Positions 1-14,232 of a stretch of DNA of 64,000 nt are shown piece by piece. The notes beneath the pieces are model-generated. The model was not told where the DNA came from and made no database searches. It saw only the letters and a list, made by a program, of their open reading frames with translations. Numbering within the stretch: the stretch's first letter is position 1; each line of letters begins with the position of its first letter. A program made the translations under genes and the position numbers. The stretch is from Eledone cirrhosa (lineage: Eukaryota). The stretch spans positions 25,420,001 to 25,484,000 of the forward strand of contig OZ024745.1 in the NCBI GenBank assembly GCA_964016885.1. Reading direction: 5' to 3'.

Positions 1-134
1 TGTACAGCTGCTGAAGGTGTTGTAGGTGTTTCTAATGTTGTTGTTGTTAGTGATGTTGACTATGATAATGATAGATGTGTAAAGTTCTTTCTGATGTCAT
101 CGGGTTTCCTTTTCTTGTTCATCTTCTCATAGTT

Positions 135-151
135 CCTCATCGTCATCGTGA

Positions 152-190
<39 letters not shown>

Positions 191-313
191 CCATCATCGT
201 CGTCATCGCCCTCATCATCGTCATCGTCATCATCATCACCATCGTCATCATCATCGCCCTCATCATCGTCATCGTCATCATCATCGCCCTCATTATCGTC
301 ATCTTCATCTTCA
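135..313. repeat. degenerate (CAT/CGT)n trinucleotide repeat
   Basis: Direct reading: runs of catcgtcatcgt... Confidence 0.9.
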
Positions 314-510
314 TTTTTGTAAAACTCCTCCTATACCGACCTCAGCCCCCCCCCCTCTGTCTTCTTTCCTTTTCCTTCCATTTATTATTTTATTATAGTT
401 GTTGTTGTTGTTGTTGTTGTTGTTGTATGTTGACGTTCTAACTGTAATGTTATTTTTGTATTGCAGGCGAGTTTGTAAGTCTGCGTACACACAGATACAC
501 ACTCACTCAC

Positions 511-1530
<1,020 letters not shown>

Positions 1531-1735
1531 ACATAGATATACACGCACGCCCATAAATCCGTACGTACAGTAACAGACACATTTACACATGTATTATCAT
1601 TTTAAATGTATACATAAACACATAAATATATACATACCAATTGGTATATATGTGTATATATATGATATGTGTATATGTATATATATATATACACATACAT
1701 AAGCGTGTTTGTGTAAGTATATCTGTCTGTGTGTT

Positions 1736-1767
<32 letters not shown>

Positions 1768-2290
1768 CATTTGTGTGTATGTCTGTGTGTTTGTGTGTAT
1801 GTCTGCCTGTATGTTTGTATGTATGTATGTCTGTGTGTTTTTGTATTCATTTATATATTTATATGTTTATATATTTATTTGGTTTTTATTTTATTTTATT
1901 TTATTTTATTTTATTTTATTTTATTTTATTTTATTATTTTCAACCTTATTTTGTTTCATTTTATATCTTTACTTTTATATTTTTTATTTAAATTTCTTTT
2001 TTATTTTATTTTATTTTATTTTATTTTTGTATTATATTTTTTGTGGGTGGTTTTCATTTTTGCTATTTATTTCATTGTCGTTTGTTTTATTCTATTTAAT
2101 TTTTCTCATTTATTTGGATGAGAACAAATTCACACGTTCTATATATCGAGGGGGGCTGGTCCCAACCAGCTCTAAGCCTTCCCTCGAAATTTTTGGAAAA
2201 AAAAATTATTTATTTATTTTATTTTTTAGCTTTTTATCCTTTTTTTCTTTGGTACAGGAACTGAACATTTTTCTCCAGAGAACCTTATAG

Positions 2291-2645
<355 letters not shown>

Positions 2646-2650
2646 TTATA

Positions 2651-2935
2651 TCCGCCATGTCGCTCTTCAGCGCTACTGGTAACATGTAACCCAGTACAAC
2701 CTGTGCATGGTCGGGCCGTCGCCGGCTAAGCCGGTAACCCCACCAAGCTTGATTGGTGAGGAGGGTGATTTGGGATACCCTGCTGGATGAAAAACAAAAT
2801 CCGTCAAAGGGCGGAGGAACCGAGGAGTCAACGATCATCCAATAAAGTATTCTTTTTTTTTTGTGGCGCGAAAGACTCCTAGTCTTCATTAAGACATCTC
2901 TGGGAGGTCACTCTGATATAAAACCTGCGACCTGC
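2651..2935 (+). mobile_element. putative RTE-clade LINE 5' UTR fragment, highly structured
   Basis: Shares ACTCYGATATAAAACCTGCG (2910-2929) with 29088-29107 on the minus strand and contains multiple hairpins. The family assignment rests on recalled resemblance to RTE 5' UTRs. Confidence 0.35.
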
Positions 2936-3354
2936 GTTTGCATCCAATGGTGTAGACCAGTTCTTCTTTTTGGGCAAATGCATTCGATGTTCAGAGTGTG
3001 GGGTTGGCCGCGTGTGAAGCCTTTCCTCACTTAAAAAAGCTGCAAGCACAGGCATCGCTTGATATGTGACATTTTTTGCGATGCATGGTATTGCTGGCCT
3101 TAGGCAAGCCCCTATCATGTCTAAAAAGCCACATCCGTGATGCTCATGTTTAAGTATCAAGCGATGGCATTACTTTAAATCGAGTTGCAGCCATTATCAT
3201 GTATGTATGTATGTATGTATGTGTGTATGTATGTATGTTTTCTCTTTCTCTTAATTTCGAGTATATTTTTTGACCGGCCACCTTCCTGGTGGCAAGGTTG
3301 TAAAAGAAAAGAAATTGTCATCCCTTGAATCGCAAGTATGTATGTATGTATGTA

Positions 3355-3430
<76 letters not shown>

Positions 3431-4184
3431 CGTGTGTAAGAATAGCTAGCTATATGGTCAGATAGTACATGTGTTACTGGTAAAATATGACCCGGTTTAA
3501 CATGTTGCATGATTGTGTCTTTGTTGACTAAACCAGCAACCCCACCATGCCCGCAACTCATCAGCAACATGTCGACCCAAGCTTTCTGAAACTGTCAAGA
3601 TGGAAACCATTTGGAACTTCGTTGTATGGACTGTAGCTGTAATTCAGGGCCAACCTTTTCACACACCATATCCTGTTGAATCTTCCTGATAATTACATTA
3701 GGGTAACGCAAATCTGTAGAATGTTCTGCCACTTACACGTTAATTTTAGAGCAAGCTGTTTCTTTTATCAAACAACTGGGACACTCATCTTCGAAACTGA
3801 CGAAGGTCCATCAAAATATGTCTGTATGGTCCCGTAACTCCTGAATGAATCGTTGGGGAACCGTATTGACATACGGCATTTCTTGGGTATTTTAAGCCGG
3901 GCGGAGTCCATTCCTCCCTGGGCCGATACAGCAAATTTATTCCAGAGAAAGATAGAAAGTGAGAGAGAGGAAATAAGAAATTAAAAGTAAATTTTCCAAT
4001 CCCACTTTCTGTTGTTCTTTTAATAAATATTTTACTCCAGTCCTGCACTAATCACTGGATAACACATCTACGATATATGACTTGCATAACGTTGAGTGCT
4101 TTAATTAATTTGTTGCATCATCGTTTACCAACCAGAACCACCAGTGCTATCCATTGGTAAACAACCTAACATAAATGATATACA

Positions 4185-4217
<33 letters not shown>

Positions 4218-4218
<1 letters not shown>

Positions 4219-7200
4219 ACCCAACAAGGAAGACGAACCTCTTTCGTCGCAAGACGAAAAAGATCCCTTCCAACAAGTAAAAAGAAAGAAGAGGAGACGC
4301 ACCACAGACACACATGTTAACTTTAACCCCCCCCCCCCCCCAAGAGAACACAAACTACACACAAACCACCCCTCCCTGTCACACAACACTAACTGCTACA
4401 CAAAAAAAGACCTTACAATACACATACATGAACACAGACAACAAAGAATTACGGAAAACAATTTCAGCAAACCCTTCGGTCCAAACTGAAGGGCCAAACT
4501 TTATAACTGCTGTGGGACTACCTCATTTGAAAATGATAAAAGTCCCAATGCACTTGTACAAAACACTGAAAATAAATTTCACGGAGGACGTGGGGGCCCC
4601 CCCTGCGCCAAACCAATCAACCGCGTCCTCCTAAAAAATTTCACCCCCCCCACCCCACCCAGACACCCACTCAACGACAAACACCCCAACCCCACAACAC
4701 ACCGATGCCCCTTCACTTCCACAAACCACCACCCCACCCAACAACCCATCCCCAACCAGCATGGAAATTGAGCGGCCCGTTTCCCGGGACGCAGAGAGGT
4801 AAGTGCCTTTTCTCTTTACCACCAACATGGCTGTGCTAAGAGTAGGGTGTCTAAATGCGCGTGGCCTGGGCTCGTCTTGGAAGCAAGCAATGCTTCTAAA
4901 TGACCTCAGGTCACAATCTATAAATGTGATGGTTATCTGCGAGGCCCGGATCAGCAGCATGCGACAGCTAGCCCCCACCTTTGACGACTTTGAGATGCAC
5001 GCATCTCTCTGTCAGCCCGGAGGTGGGGGTGGGGTTGTCGTTCTGCTGCAAAAACATATGGGCCTTGCAACACAGATAGTTCACTTGGACCCAGGGGGTC
5101 GACTGGTGGTGCTGGACCTTGGCAGTGGTGAAGGTAGAGCCTTTAGGCTGATAGCCGCATATGCCCCTTTTGGGACAGAGCGGCCCGACTTTTTCCAGCG
5201 TCTGGAGTCTTTTCTAGGACGTCCCGTTCCCTGCTTTTAGTGGGGGATTGGAATGGAATCCTGGATGTCCCGATAGAGAGGGGTGCAACAGCCTCAAGGG
5301 GTTACTCGGCCGATTTGACCTGGCCGATAGATTTCGACTAGATTTTCCGACGGTGCCAACCTGGTTTTGGTCAAATCGCAGCGGATCATCTAGATCGTAC
5401 CTAGATAGATTTTTAGTTAGAAATAAGGACAGGGACTTTTTAAGCTGTCCAGAAATGCTCATGGTTGGCTATTCAGACCACAAGTTGGTGACCTGCATGG
5501 TCAACCTTGATAGAACGCATAGACAGGGCCCCGGTTACTGGAAGCTCAACTTGTCCTTGCCGGCAAGTAGAGCCTACAGGAATCGGATTAGTACGTTAGT
5601 TAAGGAACGGTTGACTGGAGCGATCGTCAACAGCAGGTGGTGGGTATCTCTAAAGAGAGAGATTAGAGTAGTCTCGATTGAATTTAGTAAGGTTCTAGCT
5701 GCGGATAGGAATAGGAAGGAAAGGGAGCTAATAGATAGAGTAGAAGAGGCAATTAGAAGCGGCGACGTGGCCAGAGTGCTAGCGTCGAGAACGGCTTTGA
5801 GCCAGTTTTTCGACGCGAAGCACGAAGGTTGCGTTGTCCGAAGTAAAATACGTGCTCTAGGGAACGAGGGGACCAAAGCTGTTAGCTGGGCCCGCGTGAC
5901 AGAGGCCAACAGTGGAACTAAATCCACCATCCGGTCTTTGCGAGACCTGGATGGACGGGCGATTCTTGAGCCTAAGCAGATGTGTGAGGCCTTTCAAAGG
6001 CACTTTTCCCGACTGTTCGGGAGGGGCGCGGAGCCGGTTGGGAACGTGGACTTCGGTCCATACCTCGACGGCCTGCCGCGCCTCTCGGACAGGGAGGCGA
6101 AGTCCTGCGAGGAGCCGATTTCGGCCGCTGAGATAGAGGACGTGCTGAGCCAATGCGGCAAACGCAAATCCCCGGGTCTCGATGGTCTTCCTTACGAATT
6201 ATATCTAGCTATGCCGGACTTGTTCCCCGATCTCCTCGAGGCGGTCTACTGCAAATGGCAACAGAACGGAGAATTCCCTGTACTGTGACCAAGGGCGTAG
6301 TCACGCTAGTGAGGAAGGACGAGAACAAGGGGGACGAAATAAGTAACTTCAGGCCCATAACTCTGCTAAATACAGAGTTACAGATTTTGGCCAAGGTGCT
6401 AGCAAAGAGGTTGGCGCTTGTCGTGGGCAACCTGGTGGGAGATGCGCAGACATGCGCTATCCCGTCCAGGTCCATCCATGACAACCTCCACCTCATGCGA
6501 TACATCATAGAGAGGGTTGGGAACGAACCCGGCTTTGGTGGGGCTCTGATCAACTTGGATCAATCTAAGGCGTTCGATAGGGTCGACCATGGTTACCTGG
6601 ATGCGGTGCTAGCGGCGGCAGGCTTCGGACCCGTTTTCAGGGGCTGGATCACTGCTATGCACAGCAGCCGCATCTGCTCTAGGGTCAAGGTGAACGGCTA
6701 CCTCTCGGAGCCGTTCAAAATCGCGCGGTCCATCCGACAAGGGTGCCCTCTCTCCTCCCTTCTGTATGTGTTGACTCTCGAGCCACTACTGCGGAAGTTG
6801 GAGTTGTTGCAGGGCATCCCTTTGGAACCGGGATTGCGGAAAGCGGTGTCAGCCTACGCCGGTGATGTGACAGTAATAGTGTCGACGGCCTCCGAAATCG
6901 AGGCGGTCGGCACCTTACTGGAGGAGTACGAAAAGTTCACAGGGGCTAAGCTGAACCGGGACAAGTCGATCGGTTTGCAACTCGGCACGTGGAGGGGCAG
7001 ACCGATGCCCTCCGATGGCGTCGTCGGACGCTGGACGGAGGGCCCGGTGAAGTTGCTCGGGGTCTGGTTCGGACCGGACCTCCAGGTGGAGAAAAACTGG
7101 GCGGAGGTTACGAACAGGGTGTTTGCACTGACCCAGAAGTGGGCCAGTTGCAAACTATCCCTGAAAGGTCGGGCGGAGGTGGCGAACACTTATATAGCGT

Positions 7201-8500
7201 CCGTCATCTACTACCGCCTGACCGTAGTGCCCTGCCCAAGGGAAACCCTCACCAAGATGGAGCGCGCGCTCTTCCAATTCCTTTGGAAGAGGCGGGCTCC
7301 TATGGTGAGGAGATCCATCTGCTGTCAACACCCTTCGAAAGGAGGGCTGGGGATGCCGTGGCTAATGATGCGTAAACACGCATTAAGGCTACGGCACCTC
7401 TACGCATTCCTCACCGGACAACCGGTGTGGGCCTCGTTTGTGAGACGAACCTTTCCCAGACTCGTCTCACTCACCGAGCTGCAATCCTGGGTCAAGCAAA
7501 GACCGAGAAAACTGGGCGCCTGGCACACTGAGTGTGCCCAGGCGCTCACCGCCCTCTGGCAGGCGGATCCGGTTATCAGTGGAGACTCCACCGCAACATT
7601 CTATAGAGGGCTGGTACGCAGCAGGTGCGACGACGCCCTCGGAGAAGCCCTAGACATGGAGGAGGACGAACTGGCCAGCCTGTTCGGTAGGACATTCAGC
7701 CCGGGACCTATGGACAACTTAGAAGTCCCTGGCCTGGCAGTGCTACCGAGGGGCTTTACCCGTTCGAGAAAGGCTCTACAGACACGGGCGCCCGGGTAGG
7801 GACCCCGCCAAAAAAGATCTGTCCCAGATGCGTGTGCGACGAGGAAACCGTTGCACACGCATTGGTACACTGCTCGGGCGTAGCCGATCTGTGGGGCTAT
7901 GTCGAACAACTGCTGTCAAGGGTGGGACCGATCCGGTTGACCACCGAGTCTATTGTAATGATCAAGCCGCCTCCCCCCTTCAAAGATGAAGCAGAGGCGG
8001 TGTTTCTGTGCGTAATAGCCATGGCGAAAGAGGTTGTATGGTGGACGCGTCTGAAAGGACTGAGGTCAGGCACCTTTCTCTCTGGCCAACAACTGGTCCG
8101 TTTCTTCCGATATCATTTCGGAAGAAGGATCAGGATGGAGAGAGAGGTGCTGCACCCCAGTCGTTTTTATGAAAGGTGGGTGAAAGTGGCGAGAATGGCC
8201 CGTGTGAATGGGCCTTCTCTTTACATAAGCCTGTAGGTGGAAAAGAGGAAGGAACGAGGGAGCACCCCCTCTCTGTGCTCCTGAGGAAAAGGGTTGCACA
8301 CTTTTTTCGGGGGTGTGTGCGACCCCCCAAGGCGCCTCCTCTCTATTGAGGATTTTGTTAAAAATTTTATTTTTTGTTATATCTTATTTTATTTTTATAT
8401 TTTGTTATTGCCTCCTCCTTATTGAGGACGCCTTTTTGTGTAAACTCCCCCCTTTGTACTTGTCCCACTTTTGATGCCCTAGTGGCAAATAAAAGAAACA
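4218..8500 (+). mobile_element. Tx1/L1-clade non-LTR retrotransposon, 5'-truncated copy 1
   Basis: ORF1 3' remnant, then ORF2 (APE endonuclease, RT, C-terminal zinc finger), then a 3' UTR ending in AATAAA. Flanked on both sides by ACA(TATC)n. Confidence 0.93.
4827..8236 (+). pseudogene. disrupted ORF2 (APE endonuclease-RT-zinc finger) of Tx1-like LINE
   Basis: Motifs LNARGL, SYLDRF, SDH, SPGLDGL, FRPITLLN, DQSKAFDRV, RQGCPLS. Catalytic YADD reads YAGD. Frameshifts near 5225, 6275 and 7720. Confidence 0.92.
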
Positions 8501-8620
<120 letters not shown>

Positions 8621-8694
8621 AAATCAGTTACAACAGGGATATATACAATATATACGTACTTAAGTTTCGCCGGGTTGTTTATCCCAACACATTC

Positions 8695-8736
<42 letters not shown>

Positions 8737-9529
8737 GAGATAGATAGATAGATAGAGAGAGAGAGTGTGTGTGACATGCATTTATGTGTTTGTACACACT
8801 TGCTATCACAGTGACAATGAGGCAAAGGTGAGTTCAGCTTTTCGCAGAACCTTGTCTATGATTAAGAATCACCACAGGTTTCAAAACCTTTCCATTTTAA
8901 TTAGGATGTCTAATCTATCTAAAGTAATAGAGTAATAGAAACCAACTTAACAGGAAACCAAAGGTAAGATGATACCTAGTTTCCAAATATCACCAACTAA
9001 TACGACAATGTCATATTTCTGTCTCATTAGATTAAACCTAAAACCTATTGTGTTGAGAGAAATGTAATAAATATGGACTTAAGTAAACTTTAATCTGTCT
9101 GATCTTGATTTATTCATTGTATTTCTTTTTACCTTCTTTGTAATTTAGCTTCGTTACAACACTGAAAGGAATTAAGTCTTATTTGGGCATTGTATAACCA
9201 GGGTAGCAAAACTTCGGGCCAGCGGGGCTGCTGCTACGAAGTCACTCGTCTTGTTAGAAATAGCAACCAAATGTCACTTACGTGGCTGAAAAGTTCATTA
9301 GCGAAAGCATAGTACATGTTTCCATTTGAGAGTGAGAGTCGTAGTATTTTTTTCTTTACCATCTTTTACATAGCCTGTGATCCGATCTCGAGACCTACTG
9401 ATGAAATTATAGTCATTTGTCAGCGATCAAAACCAGAACTTTGATACATGATACAATGGTAAAATTGATCAGGACATTTCTGAAATTTAGAACAAGTTCA
9501 ATTTCACTTTGCTGAGTACTATAAGTATA

Positions 9530-9749
9530 ATGGTTTCTAAATTTAGCACAAAGCCAGCAATTTTTATGGGGAAGAAGAGTCGAATATATCGCCTCACCCA
9601 CAATACTTGATTGGTACTTTATTCTATCGACCTAGGAAGGATGAAAGACAAATTTGACCTCGACGATATTTGAACTCATAGAGTAAAGGGCCGGAACAAA
9701 TACTGCTAAACATTTGACCGACGCTCTAACGACTTTGCCAATTCACCGT
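9530..9749 (-). mobile_element. tRNA-derived SINE (Octopus-type family)
   Basis: Reverse complement of the family consensus: B-box GAGTTCAAAT, body TTTCATCCTT...GTCGATA..AATAAAGTACC. Confidence 0.8.
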
Positions 9750-9811
9750 ATAATGAAACTGATAGAGAGTCATAAAGATGACGAATATTTTAACATTATT
9801 ACTGTAAAATA

Positions 9812-10005
9812 GAGCGGTGGATTGGCAGTATCGATAGAGGGTCGGACGCCATGCTTTGCAGCAAAGAGTTACGGCCCTTTATGGTCTGAGTTCAAATCCC
9901 GCCGAGGTTAACTTCGCCTTTCAACCTTACGGGGTCGATAAAATAAAGTACCAGTAATACACTCGGATAATTGCTGGCTTTGTGCCAAAAGTAGAAACAA
10001 TTATT
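9812..10005 (+). mobile_element. tRNA-derived SINE
   Basis: A-box-like TGGCAGTATCG, B-box GAGTTCAAATCC, shared body and (TTA) tail. Confidence 0.88.
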
Positions 10006-10296
10006 ACTGATGGTTTTGTCTTTAAACATTACATCAATGAGGTCAGTTTCACATGACAGCCTATACTTTCCAAATTATATTTTTCATATCTAGCAATTCC
10101 ACAATCACAAAGGAACCTTGTACAATGAAGACCAAGTAATCACAATGAGAACGTGGACAACGAAAACAATGAAATACTTAACCACTATTTAGTAAAATAT
10201 ACACTAAAATATACCTAGAAGGTTGGACGTCACTGATCACTAATAAAGTGTTTATTTCTTTTAGGGATTCTATGTAGCGATTCTATGTAGAACTTA

Positions 10297-10450
10297 TGCG
10301 GCGAATTGGCAGAGTCGGTAGAACGTTGGATAGGATATTTTGCTCTATTCACTCTGCCCTTTCTGAGTTCAAATCCCGCAGATATCAACTTTGCCTTTCA
10401 TCCTTTCGAAGGCGATAAATAAAGTGCTAGTCAGGTAATAGGGTCGATCC
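10297..10450 (+). mobile_element. tRNA-derived SINE, diverged
   Basis: TGGCAGAGTCGG...GAGTTCAAATCCC...TTTGCCTTTCATCC. Confidence 0.8.
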
Positions 10451-10684
10451 TTCCTCTATATCTCTTCCTCACTATTACAAACACACTCTCTCTCCTTCTC
10501 ATGAAGTCTTCAGCTGTGTTCCTACCTGGAAAGGGGACATGCTCCATCAGGTTTAAAGTAACACGAAGGTCTCATACGACCCCATTTGGAGTTACGAGTA
10601 TATAGATAGATACATGAAAAACTAGCTGTTTGCAATAGTTTTATTCGCTATTTGATTTTCGTGGTGGTAATTGGAAATAACGGT

Positions 10685-10862
10685 TTTGGAGGAGGGGAAG
10701 TCGATTAAATCGACCCCAGTTCGTTACTGGTTCTTTATTTTGTCGAGCCCGTCATGATGAAAGGCAAAGCTAACCACGGCGGGATTTGAACTCACAACGT
10801 AAAGAGACGGAACTATATACCGCAAAGCATGTTGTCTGACTCTCTACCGATACTGCCAATCC
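10685..10862 (-). mobile_element. tRNA-derived SINE
   Basis: GATGAAAGGCAAAG...GGGATTTGAACTC...ACTGCCAATCC. Confidence 0.8.
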
Positions 10863-11584
10863 AACATCAATTGGAAATAATGGTGTTGTGTGACGTTAAT
10901 GAAGTTTCTTTCATTCAAGGGAGTAGTTGTAAGTAGGGATGAAGTAGAATAATATCTACCAGGACTGTAAACAGGGCTATGGATTCAGAGCTTACCGAAA
11001 ATAACTTTTTCTTACTCCAAGACACAATAAAATATAAGGATGAATAACGAAATAAAATTAATAATTATCACGTGTTATTGTTGTTTAATATTACGTAAGC
11101 GCTGATTCATAAGAAGTTTGATCGAAAGCGTTCCAGCCATGACATTTCCATCATTTATACTGTTACATATAGGAATCCATTGATTTCCAACGAGTTGGGG
11201 AATATTTGGCAGCTATTACTCTCAAGATAAATGGCCACATAGAAGCTACTTTATTGCTTACTTGTAGGTTCCGGTGGTTGGTATAGAGGTGGGGCTGTTT
11301 GGAGAAGGTGTAGAAGAACCGGAAGCATTCTCAGGTGTAAAAATGGACAGTGAATAAGATTGCATGTGTGTGTGGGGGGGAGGGGGGTAACGTAATGTAA
11401 CACTGGCCGCACGTTTAATGTAGAAATATTACAGGTTGATAAGACGGATGAAAGAGCGGCGGTGGAGGTGAACAATATCACGTGAACAGAGCACATGTTT
11501 ACACAGGTGCATTCACTTTATTTATTCCCGTGCACACTTCCAGATCAACATACAGATAAAATCTAGTGAATGTTGAAAACTGTC

Positions 11585-11635
<51 letters not shown>

Positions 11636-11689
11636 CGTTTCTGAATTTGTTTAGCAAGATTCTTTATCTGAAAACCTGTGTTGAAACCG

Positions 11690-12072
11690 ATATTGTTATA
11701 CTTTGGGAGGGTCATGTTGCCAATAAGAAACACACGCACCAGATGCTTTCACTCCAATTTATTATAAATTAAATTTATAAATTTAAGAATTTATAAATTT
11801 CTGGTTGGTTGGTTGGTTCCATAACCAGACGATTGTTCATATATTGTCAAAGTTCTTTCGTCACACATTATGTGACCTCTTCAGTGACTGGGGATTCTTT
11901 TCTTTGTTTTGTGCCTCTCCTTTGTTCTGTCCTACGCCATCTTGTTTTTGTGTGTGTTCAACCGGAAATTTATAAATCCTTAAATTTATAAATTTAATTT
12001 ATAATAAATTGGAGTGAAAGCAACTGGTGCGTATGTTTCTTATTGGCAACATGACCTTCCCAAAGTATAACT
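11690..12072. mobile_element. HHR family B element (Penelope pLTR-like) with partial inverted repeat
   Basis: ~11690-11805 is the inverted copy of ~11960-12072. Homologous to 16765-17028 and flanked by (TA)n. Confidence 0.75.
11846..11888 (-). ncRNA. type I hammerhead ribozyme motif (family B)
   Basis: GTCA-CTGAAGA-G-GTCACA(TAATG)TGTGAC-GAAA-GAAC-TT^TGAC. Confidence 0.8.
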
Positions 12073-12182
12073 ATATATATATATATACACACACACACAT
12101 TAACACACGTGGCTCTGTGTTCCTTCTCCTATTCGGAAATGAAATTCTCATTCTCAGCTCTCTTGCTCTCCCTTCTCTTTCT

Positions 12183-12254
<72 letters not shown>

Positions 12255-12480
12255 ATTTTTGTCTATATATATATATATATGTGATTGTGTGTGTTTGTTT
12301 GTTTGGAACTAGCTGTTGAAATGGCAAGAACTCAGTCGTCGGGATTGTGACTCTTTATAATACATACATACATATATATATATATATAAATATAAATTCA
12401 GCGAGAATCGTATTTCGGCTGGTAGAAAAAGCGAAACGAAACGCAAAATCGTAGATATGCTGGCAAGCGCTCCAATAGTT

Positions 12481-12576
12481 AAGAAAGCTAGAGCTAAACA
12501 ATATAAGAAAGCTAGAGCTAAACAATATAAGAAAGCTAGAGCTAAACAATATAAGAAAGCTAGAGCTAAACAATAT
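12481..12576. repeat. 24-bp tandem repeat x4 (AAGAAAGCTAGAGCTAAACAATAT)
   Basis: Direct reading. Lies in a dispersed repeat also seen at 47765-47870. Confidence 0.9.
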
Positions 12577-12700
12577 GTTAGCCATACAAACTGAAAAAGT
12601 GGTCATATATATATGTAAGTTATTCCGGGTTGAATCGGAGGTAACCACAGTAAGTAAGGTACTCAATACATAGCAGAATATAAAAGTTTTAATATAGATG

Positions 12701-12751
12701 AGATTCTACAGGACTAGAACTGTTTCATTCTTGAGAAATATTCAGAAATCT
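12701..12751 (-). ncRNA. degenerate hammerhead motif (family E)
   Basis: Same stems as 17213-17263, but the core reads CTGAATA (G8 lost). Confidence 0.6.
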
Positions 12752-13214
12752 GACTGTCCAAATAAATGTGGTCGTATTTATATCTTTTCTGGTGGTAGGA
12801 GATGGTGGGGCGTGGGATGAGTGGAAGTCATTGGTTGAAAGAAAAGGGAATTCATTAAAAGGTAATTCTTTAAAGCTATAATTTATATATATATATATAT
12901 ATATATATACGTTTATATGTAGGTACGTGTGTGCTTGCGTATGTATACGTACCTGTGTATGTCTGTCTGTATATACATGTATGTTTCTAAATAGGGAATA
13001 CATCTTCTTTCAACTATGTTGAAAACATATCTGTCTATAACTCAGTATTATAATTCACTACGTAGCTTTTCAAGTTTCCGGATTAAAAAAAAACAACAGT
13101 TTTACTATTAAAGCTGTATTGTTTTGACTTGCGAGGACGTTGGTGAAAGGGATTCTTATTTCTATTTACAATCTTTAGAGGCTCATCCGATGTACAAATA
13201 TTATATCACCTATA

Positions 13215-13270
<56 letters not shown>

Positions 13271-13357
13271 TTAAAAGGTAAACATAAATAACAACACAAT
13301 CGGTAGAGTATATGGAAGGAATATATTAGGTTAACGCTTGAAATAGCAGGAAGAGCG

Positions 13358-13393
13358 TCTTAACGTTTCGGACGCTAATCCTTCATCAGAAGA
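13358..13393 (-). ncRNA. minimal type I hammerhead motif (family C)
   Basis: TCTT-CTGATGA-A-GGA(TTAGCG)TCC-GAAA-CG-TT^AAGA, palindromic ACGT stem III. The element (13290-13470) is homologous to 60085-60260. Confidence 0.75.
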
Positions 13394-13776
13394 AAGAATG
13401 AGAAATTAGATAGATTGAAGGGTTGGGCAGGGGGAAATTGGAAAAAAATGTCTTTAGATAAAAATAACAGGTCTATTCATGTTCACATCTCTATATCGAC
13501 AAACGATCAACTTCCGTCAAATCGAACCGAGGAAACAATGTTTCCATTGGTCTTTCCAATTGCTAATACTATCTATCGGTCGCAATTCCAGGTAGAAGGA
13601 GCAACGTAAAATAAAGTGTCTTGCTCAATGTATGTACGCATATGATCGTCTGCCATGGCTATAACACCGAATTGGCAGGTTGTCCCCGAATCGAATTGGT
13701 CATCTATTTTCTATTTTCTATTCTCTGATTATTTTCGACGCGATCTTTTGTCTTGTGGAACTAATCCCACAATTAA

Positions 13777-13848
13777 CACCTGATGAAATCGCTTAGGTCT
13801 TGCATCACAATCGGATGATAGAGCTGGGCCTTCGAAATATATATAGTG
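13777..13848 (+). ncRNA. type I hammerhead motif with long stem II (family G)
   Basis: CAC-CTGATGA-[47-nt imperfect stem: GCTTAG/CTGGGC, CATC/GATG]-GAAA-TATATA-TA^GTG. Confidence 0.6.
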
Positions 13849-14023
13849 CTTTCGCGGAATTAAAATTCTAAAGTAATTTTTCAAGTCCAGCCTTCTGTTG
13901 TGTTAGTGAATATTTTACTCCATTCCTGCACAAACCACCGGATACCACATCTACGATGGAGTTAGTTTGTTGCATCATCGTTTACCAACCAGAACCACTG
14001 GTTCTAAACAGCCTAACATAAAT

Positions 14024-14126
<103 letters not shown>

Positions 14127-14192
14127 AATGGTAGCTATGATGCTGCCATAGGCGGTATGCCAGTTGAGCACTCTATGTTCTTACAGAGCAGA

Positions 14193-14232
<40 letters not shown>

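Noticed and set aside
3798-3825. CTGACGA and other isolated CUGANGA hits (e.g. near 9397)
   Set aside because: No correctly spaced GAAA or supporting stems.
9812-9900. tRNA gene suggested by A/B boxes
   Set aside because: No cloverleaf, and it continues into the shared SINE body.
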